In this document: in pieces, positions 38,301 to 53,100 of the stretch
Numbering within the stretch: position 1 is the first letter of the stretch
How the letters are laid out: each line of letters begins with the position of its first letter
Assembly (NCBI GenBank): GCA_000320545.1
Contig: ADNK01001887.1
Coordinates: 1 to 64,000 of the forward strand
Length of the DNA: 64,000 nucleotides
Origin: Bigelowiella natans CCMP2755
Taxonomy: Eukaryota; Protista; Cercozoa
Direction of reading: 5' to 3'
Position numbers and translations under genes: made by a program
The notes under the pieces: generated by a model
Told to the model about the DNA's origin: nothing
The model's input: the letters and a program-made list of their open reading frames with translations, nothing else
The model's database searches: none

Positions 38301-39067
38301 GAGGGGGGAAATTAACTACTTAAACTACTTTTCCATTTTTCTCTTTCTTTTTCTGCTTATTACTTCTTCTCTCTACAGCTACTTACTGTTATTATTATTA
38401 TTATAATTATTATTATTATTATTATTATTACCAAAGAGCATTGGTGAGGGAGAGACCATTGTCGAGCTCATCCACCTGCTGCACCTTCTCAAAGGCCTCC
38501 GTTGGGTTAAGAATAGCCAGAGCCATGTACACGAGCGATCTAACAGTATAGGAGGAATTGATTCAGAGAGATGGATTTCAGCGGCAGTGATTGTTGTTTT
38601 TGTTGTTGTTGTTGTTGGTGGTGGTGCTGCCGTTAACGGCTTTTAACTACTTCCATGCTTCCAATATGGGCGGATTGGCTCTTGTCAGCGACTTGGATAA
38701 AACCTGCGATGAGGAGAAGAGAAAGGGAAAGAGGGGAGGGGGGAGAGGGGAGGGAACGAAAGAAATAGAACTTAATACGGATCGTATACCTCGCTCAATG
38801 AATCAACGTACACTGCATCGAAGACACTATGACTCTACCCGCCACCACAACAACAACAACACCAACTACTACTACTACTACAAGAAACTACTGCTACATG
38901 TCCTAGTGCTATTATCACTACCTCGTACTGCTGCTTGACGTATGCCTTTGGAAACAGCAGGTTGGTGGCGGGAGTGAAAGGCATCATATTGACACAGTGG
39001 ATGTATTCGGGTAAGTCACCGAACCATGTGAAGTACGATGCCTAAAACCATTATGTATAAACGTGTG

Positions 39068-39109
<42 letters not shown>

Positions 39110-39905
39110 GAAGAATGTGCGTGTGGGAACGACTAAAAGATACAAATCCATGGCGCACATTACTCACCTTCGTTGAAGAGACGATTCCAACCATTTTATG
39201 CTGCTTGAAGTCCTCATTGTACACATGACTCCATGAAGGCATGTGCCAGTACCTCTGAGCAGCCTCCATCTCCATTCCCCAAAGCAACCGTCCCCACCCC
39301 TCGATGTTCCTGTCGCCCAGCGCCTTACCGAGAAGGGCGACGGAGTAGTACGCGTTCACCTAAGGGGGGAGGGATTGAGAGGGGAGAGGAGGAGGAGGAG
39401 GAAGGAATGAAGAAGAGTCGTAAATACATCGATTAGGTATAAGAAGATCATGGTGACCTCCAAGAGTATATTCTAACCTCTAATATATGTATATATATAT
39501 ATATATATATATTTATTTATTTTAACAATATGTATGATATATTATGAAAGAGCGATATTTATTCGTGTGTAGGGTGCGCAGTGCGTCCACTAATTCTATA
39601 CCGCTTCTGAAGAGGATTCCTGCGACTTGGAGTCGTCCATGACAAACAGCCCTGATGCCCATGAATGGAAGTCCCAGAAATCCTACAGACATTTAATAAT
39701 AATATGTATGTGAGTAAGGAGCGACAAAGAGAGGCGGATAATATACACGATGGCACGAGAACAGCCCCGTTAGTTGGTTTTCGTCTTTTCCGAAGTTGCA
39801 TTTAGTGACATCACTGCTTTCCTCGTGCTCACTTATAGTATTTTAAATAGTAGTCCTCCTCCTCCTCCTCCTCCTCCTCCTTCTCTAGCGTATACTACCA
39901 CTTCG

Positions 39906-39937
<32 letters not shown>

Positions 39938-40138
39938 GACTACTGCCACTACTGCAAGGATAGGGATGACCTTGTGTCTCGCAACAGGAAACATAGGATC
40001 GCTGCCGCTGGCAGCAGTAGTAGCGAAGTTGTCGCTGAGAAGTAGAACCAAATCAAACCGAACAACACTTGTGAATTGAGCCATTATTTCTTCATAGCGG
40101 AGGTATGTTCTTCGACGTATACTGCAAGAATGCTGCGA

Positions 40139-40173
<35 letters not shown>

Positions 40174-40546
40174 GTAGCGATAATGGAGCAGCACCTTAGC
40201 CCTGAAGTAGGATCGCTGGTACTAGCAGGGTGGGGGTTGGCGTAATCTGCTGCTATTTGGCGGATCTTGTCACCGTACTCGGAGTTGAAGTTCTTGTAGC
40301 TAGCAATGTAAAACCATTTGGGAGAAAGAGAAAGAGAGAGAATATGATTTTCATGGCGAAGCCGACGTAGCTGCTACTTAGAGATATGAGTTATTGTCGT
40401 ACTCGTATTTGATGAGAACTGCTGCAGCATAGATGAGGTAACCGTACTGAAAATGGTGATCATTGTACCATCTGTATAAGAACGGGAGAGGGGTGGGGGG
40501 AACAATTGCAATTGTTGGATTATTGTCAGCTACATTCCATCCCCTC

Positions 40547-40584
<38 letters not shown>

Positions 40585-40684
40585 TATACATATACACACA
40601 TCCATCCAACCTACTTCAGAAGGTGTGATTATTGTGATAACGAAGTATATTTTTTCCTTTAGCATCATGGATCACCCATTCGTG

Positions 40685-40721
<37 letters not shown>

Positions 40722-43700
40722 ACGTCCATCACTCATCTCTCCTCTTCTTCTTCCTTCCTCCTGTTTGATGAGTTGTGTGTTGTTATTGTTGTTGCCACCA
40801 CCACCACCACCACCACTACTACTACTACTCCTACTACCCATTGCCAAAATCTGAGGTAGGATTCGTAAGGCCAGCGCTTGTGACAATGCCGCCCCATACC
40901 TAATAGCATCATGGAGTTGTTACGTTTTCCTTAGGTGATTTCTATTTATCAGTAATGACGCTGCTGCTAGCTGAATAATCAGAAATGGTAGTTTTTGTGG
41001 TGTTAAAGTGGTAGTAGTAGTAGCAGTAGCAGTACCGTGTCGTACACCAAAGAGTTATCTGGTTTTGAGCCCGTGAGCCAAGGAATCATGGAAGTGTAGA
41101 GGTTGTCTAATGCCTTCTTCTGCGGCTCTGCAACGATCAAGAAGTAGGAGTGAATGGGATGATGATGATGATGATGGTGATTGGGTTTCTTCTTCTATAA
41201 GACTCTGCATCTCTCTACTACTTATCCTATCCTCTCTAAAACACACACACACACAAACATACCTCAATACCAACAACAACAACCACCTGGCTCATTCAGC
41301 TCTTCTGCAATTAAAGCTAGCCTTGCCGTTCTACAAAATATAGCACCGTCATCTTCATCATCATCATCATCATCGCCACCATCGTCGTCATCATCATCAG
41401 CAGCAGGGGCATGAGTATCTATAGCTGTTCTTCCAATGATTGTTGTTGTCATCGAAAACTCAACCCTCAGCATACAGCCCCCCTCCCCCATGCCCACCCC
41501 CAGCTTCTGAATAATTTGGGTGACAATGGAAAAAGAAGGGAGGTCTAAACGAATCATTGTCGTACACACCGAGCAGCTTGCTTTGTGTAGTTGTAAACGT
41601 CCCAGGAATCCATCATGCCATATCTGAACACATAGATGATGAAGGGTGCGGCGAATATATCAGTCTTCACGACCGCACACATGCACGAATTCTTCTGCAC
41701 ATTGGAGGCAAAAGATTTGACAGCAACATAAAGAGATATAATGAGGGGGGCGGGGTGCTGCCTTACACGTCTCTTTTCAGGCTCTGCTTGATCGCTTCCT
41801 GAAGAGGGGCGGGGACAGTCTAACGAAAATACAAATGAGGGGGATGGGAACAGTAATGATAATGAGGATGAAGATGATGTGGATAATGCTTCTATTTTGA
41901 AGACAATGTCGCCGTACTCAAGACTGCTTAACATGTTTATTATGTATCGATCTCATCAATTATGCACTATTCATGCCCTCCTACAACAACTACTACAACA
42001 CTAACAACAACTACTACTACTACAACCCGATCGGCTCCCCACGTAGCTCTTGGCAGTCGCATCGTCATGTCCCAAACGTCCCCGACGACTCCATAAAGAT
42101 TCCCCTTCATGCACTGGAATAGTCCATCAAAGCTTACTGGGACGCCGCGTCGCGCTGCAGAGTTTTGCGATCCGAGCGCGTCCATGTGGTGGCCTACTCC
42201 AAGCATCAGCAAACCGCCGTTGCCCTGCTGCATCAGCCCAAAAAGAAGAAGAAGAAGAAGAAGAACAACAACAACAGAGTAGGTGAGGAGGCGGAAGATG
42301 GGCTCTTCTAGATGGGGTCGCGAAATAAAATGACTGATTTGTCGAATCAATAACTTACCGTTGAAGAGGCTGATGACGAGGAAGAAGAGGAGGAAGAGGA
42401 AGAGGAGGATGATGACGACGACGATGCCGCAGTTGGATATGATGACGCTGACGAAGAAGAGCTGCCCCCTGATCCCCCCATGGTATAGCCCATCTTTGTG
42501 CTGTAGAGACTCTCCTCGGTGGTGGCCACATCCTTTTCTCCATCTGCAGAATCAATCAACAGGTACAAGATTAAGTCATTGTAATTCCTTGACTAACACT
42601 CTACATCTGAGCATCTATCTGCTGCTAGTAAGTAGTCCCCTAAATATTGAAAATATCGAGAAAAATGGGGCGGCGGAAGCAGCATCATCAGCAGGAAGTA
42701 GGACCGAGGGTTTTGGACTTAAAGCGGTACTGAAAGTTAGCCGTGTTGCCATCGCCACTGAGAGAGTATCCAAGAGTACCAGAAATAGGATATGTTTGCC
42801 AGTGCCTGTTTAGCACTTCGAATGCGGAGGGCTTCGGCACCTATGATGACAGGAGAAGTTACTGAGTGAGAGCAGCAGCAGCAGCAGCAGCAGAGGAGAT
42901 GCATACAATAAAAACCATTTGAGTAGTGGTGTTAATAGGGTGCTGGCCGACCGCAGCAACGCGTATGACGCCAATGTATCCAGAGCGACCAATGATCTGT
43001 GCTTTAGGCCCTCCCTTCATTCCTGGATTTTTAACGCTCCACTGTATTGCGGGGCTGGACCAAATCGCCCATTGCTCTCCAGTTTGGTAGGTCAGCTTAA
43101 TGTAGTTAGGCCCTTTCTCAAAGCCCTTGACTTGGTCGTAGGACCAAAGGAGCGGTTTAAGCTCCGACTCAGTACCGTCGTCAGAGTCTTTGAACTCCAC
43201 AGTGATGAAGGGGGAACCCCGCACAAGATATGTATCGTAGCGACCATTGCTCATTGTCGTCTTCACATTCACAGACAGTGTGTCATAGTCTGCGATTTCG
43301 AACCCTTCGTAGTCACCGTTCTGACCTGCAAGAGAGGCAGTAGAGGGGGAAATTTAGAGGAAACAAGAATATAAATAAATTTTTGAACATACTCGAAACG
43401 ACGACTTGAGCCGAGAACAGCTGGAGAATTTTGTCCTTGCTCTTTGTCGTAAGGCCCTTCGTCTGTGGATAACATATCTGCACCCCATCTTTACTAGGAA
43501 CTACTGTATATGGTTGAGGTGCAACTGCTCGGACAGGGTCCAGCACAAGGTTTAGCCACCACGCCTGATAAAATCGCAGAAATGCGTCACAAACAGAATT
43601 TAAGTAAGACCATATCTCAAAAAGACTTCTGATCGGGGGGGGGAACTTGGCTTTCGAAAGGAAAACATATTTCACGGATGGTTATGTGGACCCCAGTCGG

Positions 43701-44281
43701 AAGAGGCTGCTCTGTGGAGATATATTTGCCCCAAACTGTCGACGGTCGAATCGAATGTGCTGCGACATGGAAATCTGCCTCTGACTGCGCAGAAGCCAGC
43801 AAGGATGTATTGGTGCCTGGAGGAGTATCAGGAGTTCCTACAAATTCTGTGGTGGTTTTGCTCGCGAGGGTGTTGCTTGAATGCGGAAGCGCCATTCCCA
43901 CGACTATGACAAGGACGCATGTGACCAGACCTGTGAAAATAGTTAGTTTGGTTACCCGTATTATGTAGGAAAGAGTCGATTTAACTTTTGGTACGGAGTA
44001 ATTTGAATTACAGTCCTTGGTTTTCGTTTTTGTTCACAGTAACTTCCATTCACATGCGACACACATTGCTGAATCTTCATTACTCATATACCGGTTGCAG
44101 CCAACGCTTTGATTCTTCGACGGCTGCGCAAGGAATTATCCCCCCCCAAGCCAAGAGCATTGCTTAAACCCTCCGCATTAAGTAAACCAGTTCTTTCATT
44201 CTGGATCCTTGGAGTGTCCTCAATCCCACCCTCCAAATGAGGAAGAGAGCCATAGGAGTCTCGAGGGCTCGACGACTCCAT
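36901..44281 (-). CDS. Glycoside hydrolase family 81 endo-1,3(4)-beta-glucanase, type II membrane-anchored, with Cys- and Pro-rich C-terminus
   Basis: Motifs: PLPTxAWWLNL, YLVRGSPFIT, WYNDHHFQYGYLIYAAAV, FPVARHKDFWDFHSWASGL..SKSQESSSEAVNAYY (catalytic D and E-xxx-E) and EYIHCVNMMPFTPAT. There is an N-terminal TM (LVTCVLVIVVGMAL). The 3' end is approximate. Confidence 0.93.
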
Positions 44282-45869
44282 TCTTCTTATACTTAGTTTT
44301 TGGGGAATGTGTAAGATTTCCCTAAATCTTCGAAAGAGAATGTCACATAATGAAATTGGGACAACTATTACATACGACAATAGAATATATCATTTTATGA
44401 GAAATTACAATCGTTCCACAAACAACTCTGCCCAACGATGAGTCTAATATATTGAATGTTTGCCCTAATTCCAGATTACTCAGGAGGATTTGTCTATTTA
44501 AAGATTTAAAAATGCTGTGAATTATGCTAAATGATTATATGAAAACAATGTCGCAGAGACATAAAAAGAGATCAACAAGTTGCAGGTGAGACTTTATCTT
44601 ACTAAAAGATCAATAATTCGATTTGTAAAAATCACCTGTATTATACTATATTTTATCGAGTCCCCTGGCATCCCCAAAGAGAAGTCGTACATAGAAGTCT
44701 GAATCTCCAGACAACTAGTTCTTCCGGTACGCTGGAGGTCGAAGTGAAATATAGCACAAATAGATATAACGTCACATACTCAGAAGCTCATTTATATGGG
44801 GATTTATGCTCCGAAAAAATATTAAAAATCCAAATGTTGTAATTGACGACGCAATCGGCACTATTTCCCCCGACAAACTGTCCATCCGAAATTAGCCGAA
44901 ACCTGGGCGATTCTGTGAATACTGTATTGTTTAACTCCTAGTCCAGGGTCCCCTTTGTAACCATCCACTTCTCGTCGTCGACGAGCTTTCTTTTCTTCTT
45001 AATCAACGAATGGAATCGATTTGCATAACTGATTAGCTTTTCACTCATGTCGCAGATTGAGCTGAGAAAAAATACATGTGAATTAAAAAAAAATAGCCGG
45101 TTACTATGTTTGATGGGGAATGATCTATGTGAAAAACTCCTAAAATAAGTTTAAATTACATCGAAGATATTTCCTCAATGATATCTGTGCTTTTATTTAC
45201 AATATTCCGACAAGATAATTTCTACCATGAAATTGCCAGATTAATCGGAAAAGAACATACGAGGAATATCTACCAAGGGGGACAAAGAAGTCTCTTCGGA
45301 AAAGTCGGAAAATTCGCGGGAATTGCTCAAATACAAAGCACAGTTGCAATAATTAGTATGAACGCAGGGGATTTCCCATCTGCGGGATTGTTTTTGGGCA
45401 ACCTTCGTTTAAATCTGAGAAAGAGCCGAATAATATGATGAGAAAGAAGCTCAAGGCTACAGAAGGTTTGTGTCGGAAATAGATATGATTTATATCGAAC
45501 GACAACTATGTCTTCATGTCTTCGCATTAAATTATATTGAACTTTTAGCCCCGCCCAACTTCTTCCGCCCCCCTTTTTTATCTACCGAATCAAATAGATC
45601 GGCTACCCCGCTGGAAGCTCATTAAGGAAGGTCACGGTGTGATATATGTAAAAATAGGGAAGTAAAGAAGGTTCAAGAATGTTGATAGAATGAGTGGGGA
45701 GAGAGGCTCTTTCTTTCAGCATCCGTTGATGGAAAAGCATACAGCGGCGGGAATTATGCTCCCGTCGCATGTATAAATTTCAATCCCCTAGCTTCTCTGA
45801 CTGCCTTGGGACTCTGAACTCATTACTTTGACCCTTCGGTGTATATAACTAGGATTTAAATGATGTGAT

Positions 45870-47509
45870 ATGGCATTCACGACGGTAGCATTGGCTTTGG
45901 CCATCCTCCTTCGGCCGAGCGTTCCGGCTTGGTTCTACGCAAGCTTTTTGCTCCTGCCCTTCCTACTTGGAACACACAATGACAACCTATTGTCGAAGGG
46001 GACGAGGTCAATTTTGGCGGTGGTGGCGATGCTCACCATGGCAGGGTATGCTGCGGTAATTGTTTCGACGGAAGTGGATGTGTTCGAAGCCACGCCTTGG
46101 TGGCTAAGAGCCATCATGGAGGACACAGGTATTAATACAGAGAAGTGTCAGTGAAGGATCCTGAACTCCCCTGCTCCAATCTTCATCATATCCAATTATG
46201 CTCACCATTGCACACATCATTCTCACTCTTTCCCCATTGTTTCACTTTGACAACTCTCAGAAGGTAAAGCAAGTCGGAGGATATCTCGTTGGAATTTGTC
46301 AGTGCTAACACTGCCTGAGTGTTTCATTCTTCTGGGGATGGCATGCGACATTTGTGCTCAAAGGTGACATAAATGCAGCTCCACATTTGCCATCCGCTCA
46401 GCCTCCGAAAAGAGACCATCTAACTCCCCGTGGTTATTCTCTCTCAGGGCGTGGTGCATTAGATCCCCATTCGGCAATAGATGCACCATAGCTTCCGCTT
46501 TGTGGCCTGTGTCGGTCATAGACCAGTTTTCCCAAGGATTGCAACTCCTCCTGCTCCTAGTCCTACAACTCGTATTCCCGTCCCCGTTTGGCATTCCTCA
46601 TTGGGGCACATGCATCACAATGCTGTGGAAATGTGCTGTGATTGCAGTAGGATGGGACGTTCCACGACATCAACAACTACACAGAGGGGGCGATCGTTCT
46701 ATCTCATTAGCTGCATGGGAACGAATGCTCGGCAATTGGTTCGCGTACGTGCATATCATGGCCCTACAGGTTTTGTCGTCACAGATTCAGTCAGAGCCTC
46801 AGGACTTTCAACTCACTAAATATGATGTTGTTACATTGTTACCCAGGTGTTGTGCGCCCAACGTAGCGTCTTTGCGAAGTTCCCCGTCCTGCACTGGGTC
46901 TTCGGATTTGATGACGATTTTGTCGCCGCAGCTCAGATTCAGACTCTGCTTCTGACAGTCTTTGTGATGTGCTCCTCCTCCACCTCGTCGAAGCAAACAA
47001 CACCAGCCCCCAGCCGTCGCTACACGCGCCTGAGCTCCACGATTTTGACGACGCATCAGTTGAATTCAATGGAAATACCATTGCTTTCTCCGTTGTTGTC
47101 TTCGTCACAATCATTGATAATGCCACAACAGATACGAACCACGAGCTCGGAACTACTTGTCGCATCGGCAGGGTTCATTCTCGCACTAACTCTGCCTTCC
47201 GTCATTGGTGTTGCCCTCGCTGCTGCGTCCTTGCTCCTTGCTGGCTGCTCAGCTTCGAGGATTCACCCAAGATATCAGTCCATATATCACCCTGAGAAGA
47301 ATCAGGGACGACAGCAGCAGCAGCAGCAGCAGCAGCATCGTCGCCGCCAAAGTAAAAGCAAGGATCAGGACATGGAAAGAGACGGTGATGATGATAATGA
47401 TGATGATCATGATCATGATGCCAAAGAGGAAGTGTTGGTGGTGATGCCTAAGAAGCAGAACGAGAAGAAGGAGAAGAAGAACGGGAAGGAATTCGATGAT
47501 AGTAGATCA

Positions 47510-47540
<31 letters not shown>

Positions 47541-48223
47541 AGTACGGAGCTTTGGAGCGAGAGGTGCGGTTATCAGGGACGGCGAAATATAATGATATCA
47601 TTTGCCTCAAATCGCGGAGGAGGAAACAGGAAAATGACCAGCAGTCGCAACTCTTCTTCCCTTTACGGCGCCTCAGTAATTATACACGTCGTATCCGCCT
47701 CGTCGTCGTGGGGCTAGCAATGCTACTGCTGATGGCACACTCTGTCTTATCTGCGTTCTTTGTCGTTGCCCCTTCGGCAGCCATTTCGATCAAGACTCCA
47801 TACGGCCTAAGGGCGATCTCAGGAAGCATATCCAGGGACTTTTGGTATATATCTTGCACACAGATCGTGCTTCTCATGGTCGCCCTCCGTCCCCCCCCCC
47901 TCTATTACTTGACGTACGGCCCTTTCTCCCGGAAGATTACCGCTCGATTTGTCCATTTCACTGCAGCTGCACTCACGGTAGTAGTACGCTATCATTCTGA
48001 GAATCAAATGAATGGGGGGGAGGAAACAGCATTGTCACAGAAAGAGAAATGGGGGGAGAGTAGTAATAACAAGCAGTCGAATCATAGCGTAGCTATCCTC
48101 TAGATTATGCTGATCTTGCCTAAATTGCAAGAAGACAAGCACTTACATTTGTTGCTGGTGCTGTTGTACTGAAACTGCAGTAATCATGAAAGCTGCTCGG
48201 TTAATTGACTGTTAGCAGTCATG

Positions 48224-48269
<46 letters not shown>

Positions 48270-48486
48270 ACAACTTGCTCTATCGTTCATATCAGCTTAT
48301 GTGGAGTTCTTGCCATCCTGGAACCTTTGGGCCTTGCCTCATAACCATATTCATACTCGCCCGGATTGCTTCTACAGAGAAGAACGGGGCGATGTTTTGG
48401 CTGCTTTCTGCGGCCACCACAAGCCTAGTCTTGCTATACACACAGTAGGGATATGTGAGGGGTGGTGGTGGCAGTGATTGTTTCTG

Positions 48487-48520
<34 letters not shown>

Positions 48521-49581
48521 TGTGTGTGATTGTGTGTGTGTGTGTATGTGTGTGATAATTGTCGTCATCGCCATCGTCGTTCTGTGTTTGCTGAGAAGAG
48601 AGAAGGAATCGACATAATTCAATAGCACCCATCTTAATAATACTTAATGCTGTGACATATTTCTCTCCAATGGCAGATACGTCTGGGTCGTGCTGTCAAG
48701 GACGATGGGGTTATTTGACTGGACACCCGGCATCATAACAACGCTAGGCATTGATTTACTGCTACGGATTCCGAGCAGAATTCAGCCTCTCGAATCGTTC
48801 CTGCAGTACCCCGTAGCACTCTTAGAGCTAGGTTATCACCGCAACATATCATCCTCACTGTTCCACTGAACCGAAGTATTATTTCACATTAATCTAGAGT
48901 CCACTCAATTTTCTCAAACAGTTTCCCCCACTTTATCACTCTTTTTCATATTTTCCCTCTCTGATGATGCGGCTGCTGGGATTGATTGCCCTCGTTTCCT
49001 TTGTTCTGTAGCACCGCCCAAATTTGAGTGAGAGGTGTAATATTGCAAATTTGCAGCAGCAGCAGGGTGACTCGTATCAATAAAATTTTGACACGCCACC
49101 ATCCCATCCATCAGGTACGTGCATCATTCTGTGCTTGGGGTGTCAGCTACGGTGCTGCGATGATGATGATGATGATGATGATGGCCCAACCAGCAGTATC
49201 GATGCCATAATAACAAAGAGGAGCGGTCGCCATAACAGCAACGAGAAGGCAACTGCACGTCTAGGGACGAGCCTAGACAACAAACACTCAAGAGACTTAC
49301 CATACTACTATTCTCGGGATGGTGACGATAATGATGCAGGCGGGGTAGAGCGTCCTGACCAGAGGCGAAAGCCAATCGCCCGCGGTCTCTTCGCACGTTT
49401 ATGGGGGTAAGAGGCATGGAAAACAAGAGGAGGAGGAGGAGGAAGAAGAAGAAGAAGAAGAAGAACAAATTTATGGCTAGTGATATGATGATGATGATGA
49501 TCATGATGATGACACACCAAAATAGAAGACAACCACCACGAATGATTATCGACGTCATCAATATAATGGCATTTTATGTAC

Positions 49582-49613
<32 letters not shown>

Positions 49614-50091
49614 CGTATCCGTTGGAAGATATTTGTGTCAAAGTAAAAGCAGCAGCATCTCCGACAAAGGAATTCGTCAAAAGCTGTGCGTGGTGATGAG
49701 CATGGTGCTTTCAAAAGGACCCATTTCGCACACGGCAAAGATGTGGTGCGAGGCAATGGCATGGTAATGAAAAAGGGTTAGCACGACGATGATGATAATG
49801 AAGAGGAGGGGAGGAGGCGGAGAAGGAGGAGAGTGCTGCTGCTGCTACTCCTCTTTGCGAAGAATGTGTTGCTCCGATCTAGACATATACGCACGTTTTG
49901 CCACCGTTATCATGAATAGTATCCAGAAATGGGTCGGAAGATAGTCTCAATGCAATACCAATGATTTTTGGGATACCTCGCCATGTGTGTTCCAACTGAT
50001 AACAAAAGGGAGGGGAGGAAATGAATTCAAAGCAGAAAAACACAACAAAACATTGGGTTTGAAAGGGGGGAACAAATATATGTGATTGCGG

Positions 50092-50126
<35 letters not shown>

Positions 50127-53100
50127 TCACTACTACTTCTACTAATACTAGTGCTACTACGATTGCTGGTGATCAGGTTCTTCATCGTATGCTTCCACCT
50201 GTCATGTACGGCTGGACCTGTCCTGTCTTTGGGCTGTCAGCTGCTGCTCTACTATCCTGCTATCTTATTCCGCCGCAAACCACACAATACTACTACTACT
50301 ACTACTTCTACTGCTGCTGCTGCTGCTGCTGCTGCTCGTGCCACCTCCTCTTCACCATCGGAAGTCACAGTCGACACCTTTGCCATGGCATGGGGCTCTG
50401 TTGCTGCGGTTGTGTGGGGTTTCCGAGTCGCAATACGCCATTGCCTGGGAAATGAGGTAGTTATAGTAGTAGCAGTATATTCAAGTATGCGAAGAACAAG
50501 ATGATGATGATGACGATGATGATGGTGGTGGTGACAATGATGATGATACTGGTTTGTCACCTGCTATTATTATTCTCCAGCCGAGCTTGAAGCTGAGCAC
50601 TCCCACGTTGGGTACCAGTGGGCGGCTAGTGGAGGACGTCAAAGACGTGGCGCTCTTGTACGTCCTCGTCCGAATGATACGGCGCCTTGCCGAGCCCCCG
50701 CCGAAGGCCTCAACCTTCCCACCAATCTTGAGTCATCATCATCGCCCTCATCGTGTGAGGGGGAAGAGTAGTAAATGGGACATCTTGATGAATGAGCAGT
50801 CCAATGATGATGGGAACAATGAAATCTATGCTAGCGGGGGGGGAGGAGGAGGAAGCGCTGGTATTTCCAGGGACGCAAGCCAAGTCTCGATGATGGTCAG
50901 TTAGTTGTATAGTATAGTAAAGCAAGTAGATATAGAGCAAGAAGCAGCAGCAGCGATTGCAGCTAAGGATGCTGCTACTGCTGCTGGTGCTACTACATTA
51001 ATTGCAGAAGGCTGTCAATGTACATGCTGACATATACTACAACAAAACATGTGTAACCCCCCTCCCCACTGATGAATGACCTTTCAGGCGGCGATCGGCA
51101 GCTCTCAACTCAAGTACAAGAAATCACCGGAGTCGCCGCGTAGATTGATTCTTGATGATGGCTACTCGGATGCGCCTACTGCCGTTGCTGGTAAGGATGC
51201 GAATAATGGGGTGAGAAGAAGGAGGAGAAGAAGAAGAGGAAGAGATAATGATGATGGGCATGAGCAGCGAGATCAAGGCGCTGGCAGAGGCACAAACGCT
51301 GGTAATACTACCACTACTAGTAGTACCTCGGATGAGGTCAATCCCTTGGTTTTTGCTGCTGCTGTGGACGATTCAACCCGTATAGACACCCCTCCAGTCA
51401 CCCCTCCGAGGAGATTCCTGCGCAATAACAACGACGACAATGGCAACGCTAGTCATCATCCTCAAAACCGCCGAGTAGTCGGTAAAACAATCAGCTTTGA
51501 TTTCGATGAAAAAGAAGAAGATGATAATGATGAAGCGGGTGGTGAGATGAGGGGAGGCAATGTGGCAAAATCGATGGGAGGCACTACTACCAACAAGACG
51601 ACAACGGGAGATACAACAGCGGCAGCCACATGGCTATACTCTCTCTTCTCCCCGTCTGAACGAGCGGTTCTCTCCTCGATCTTCACCGCCGCAAATGTGC
51701 TGATATTCTGGGCCCTGGCACTGTGTTTGGTCGTCGCGGCTTGTGACGGGGAGGCATCAGTGCTCCGTGCAGGTTACGTGGGGCTGCTGGGGGGGCTGTT
51801 GGCTTTCCAAAACAGCCAGCACTACTACTACATCGTCGTTCTGGTGACCGTATTCTTCGTCGCGACCGATATATCTCTAACCTTTGCACTCGGCATGCTT
51901 GAGTCAGGAGTGCCCGGGTGGTTCATCACCGCTACTGCTGCCGCCGCTGCTGCAGAGCCATCTCCCGTATTATCCCCGTCATCCTACTATTATTACTATT
52001 ACACGGGAGGAGGACGACGAGGGGGAGAAGAACACCAGCAGCTCTTCTTTGGAGTGTCGGCCATGATGTGGGTCTACGTCCTCAGTATCCTCAAGCTGCA
52101 GCTAGCACATTGGCATTGCCAGGCGAAGAAGGCAGCAGCAGCAGCAGCAGCAGCAGCAGCTGCCACAATGGTGGAACCACCTAAAGAGCAGCAACAACAT
52201 CGACAAAAACAGCCGAACGACCGAAAGCCAACAGAATCGATGCTTCCCCTCCCCTCAAGTAGTAGGAGTAGTACGCGGTACTTGTCTCTACGGTGGATCC
52301 GTGAAAGGGCTTGGCAGGGCGACTTTGTGGAGCTTGCATGCTTGACGATAATGACAACCGTATTTCTCAGAGAGCGATCCAGCTTGCTGTCCTTCCTCGA
52401 CCTTGCAGCGGCCTCAATGCCCCTCTACATGCCGACTCCTTGGATAAGAAAGGCCTGGCCCTGGTGCACGCTCTACTGCGTTTTGGGCGCCGTCCTGCAC
52501 TCGATTCTCAACTCTGTCGAGCTGGTCCTCGCAATCCAAGGAGGGGGGGGGGGGGCACAACAAGTGCCCTCCAATCCCAATAGTAGTAGTAGTAGTAGTA
52601 GTAGCAGTCCAACAGTGTTGATGCTGCTGCCGAGGTGGGTGAGCACGGTGTTCGGCACACAAGCGCCAGGTCTTTGGGAGATACTCGCTATTACGATCTT
52701 CTGCCTGCAGCAATGCGCATTTTGGTCAAAGCCACACGATGCTGCTGCTGATGATGATGCTGATGCTGCCGATGATGATGCTGGCCATCACGGCGAACAG
52801 CAGCAGCAGCAGCAGTTCCGTAGACGCACGTCCTCAACAACACCATCTGTGCTTCACGGTGCCAGCACTTTTAGCGGTTATAATAATAACCGCCCTGCTC
52901 CATCACCAGCTGCAGCAGCAGCAGCGGCCACGGTAGTAGCATATCCATCATCATCATCATTCGAGGAAAAGAAAGGCCGGGCCACGCCTCCACCACCGTC
53001 GTCATTCCCTCCAGTGAATAGCAGCAGCTTTCATCACCAGCAGCCCATACATCGCTTCTATCGAAGCAATACGCCTCCTCCCGTCATTGGTGGTGGTGGT

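Noticed and set aside
44400-45700. Gene within the GH81-Piezo divergent spacer
   Set aside because: Only short ORFs with no recognisable motifs or consistent splice chain; treated as promoter/UTR.
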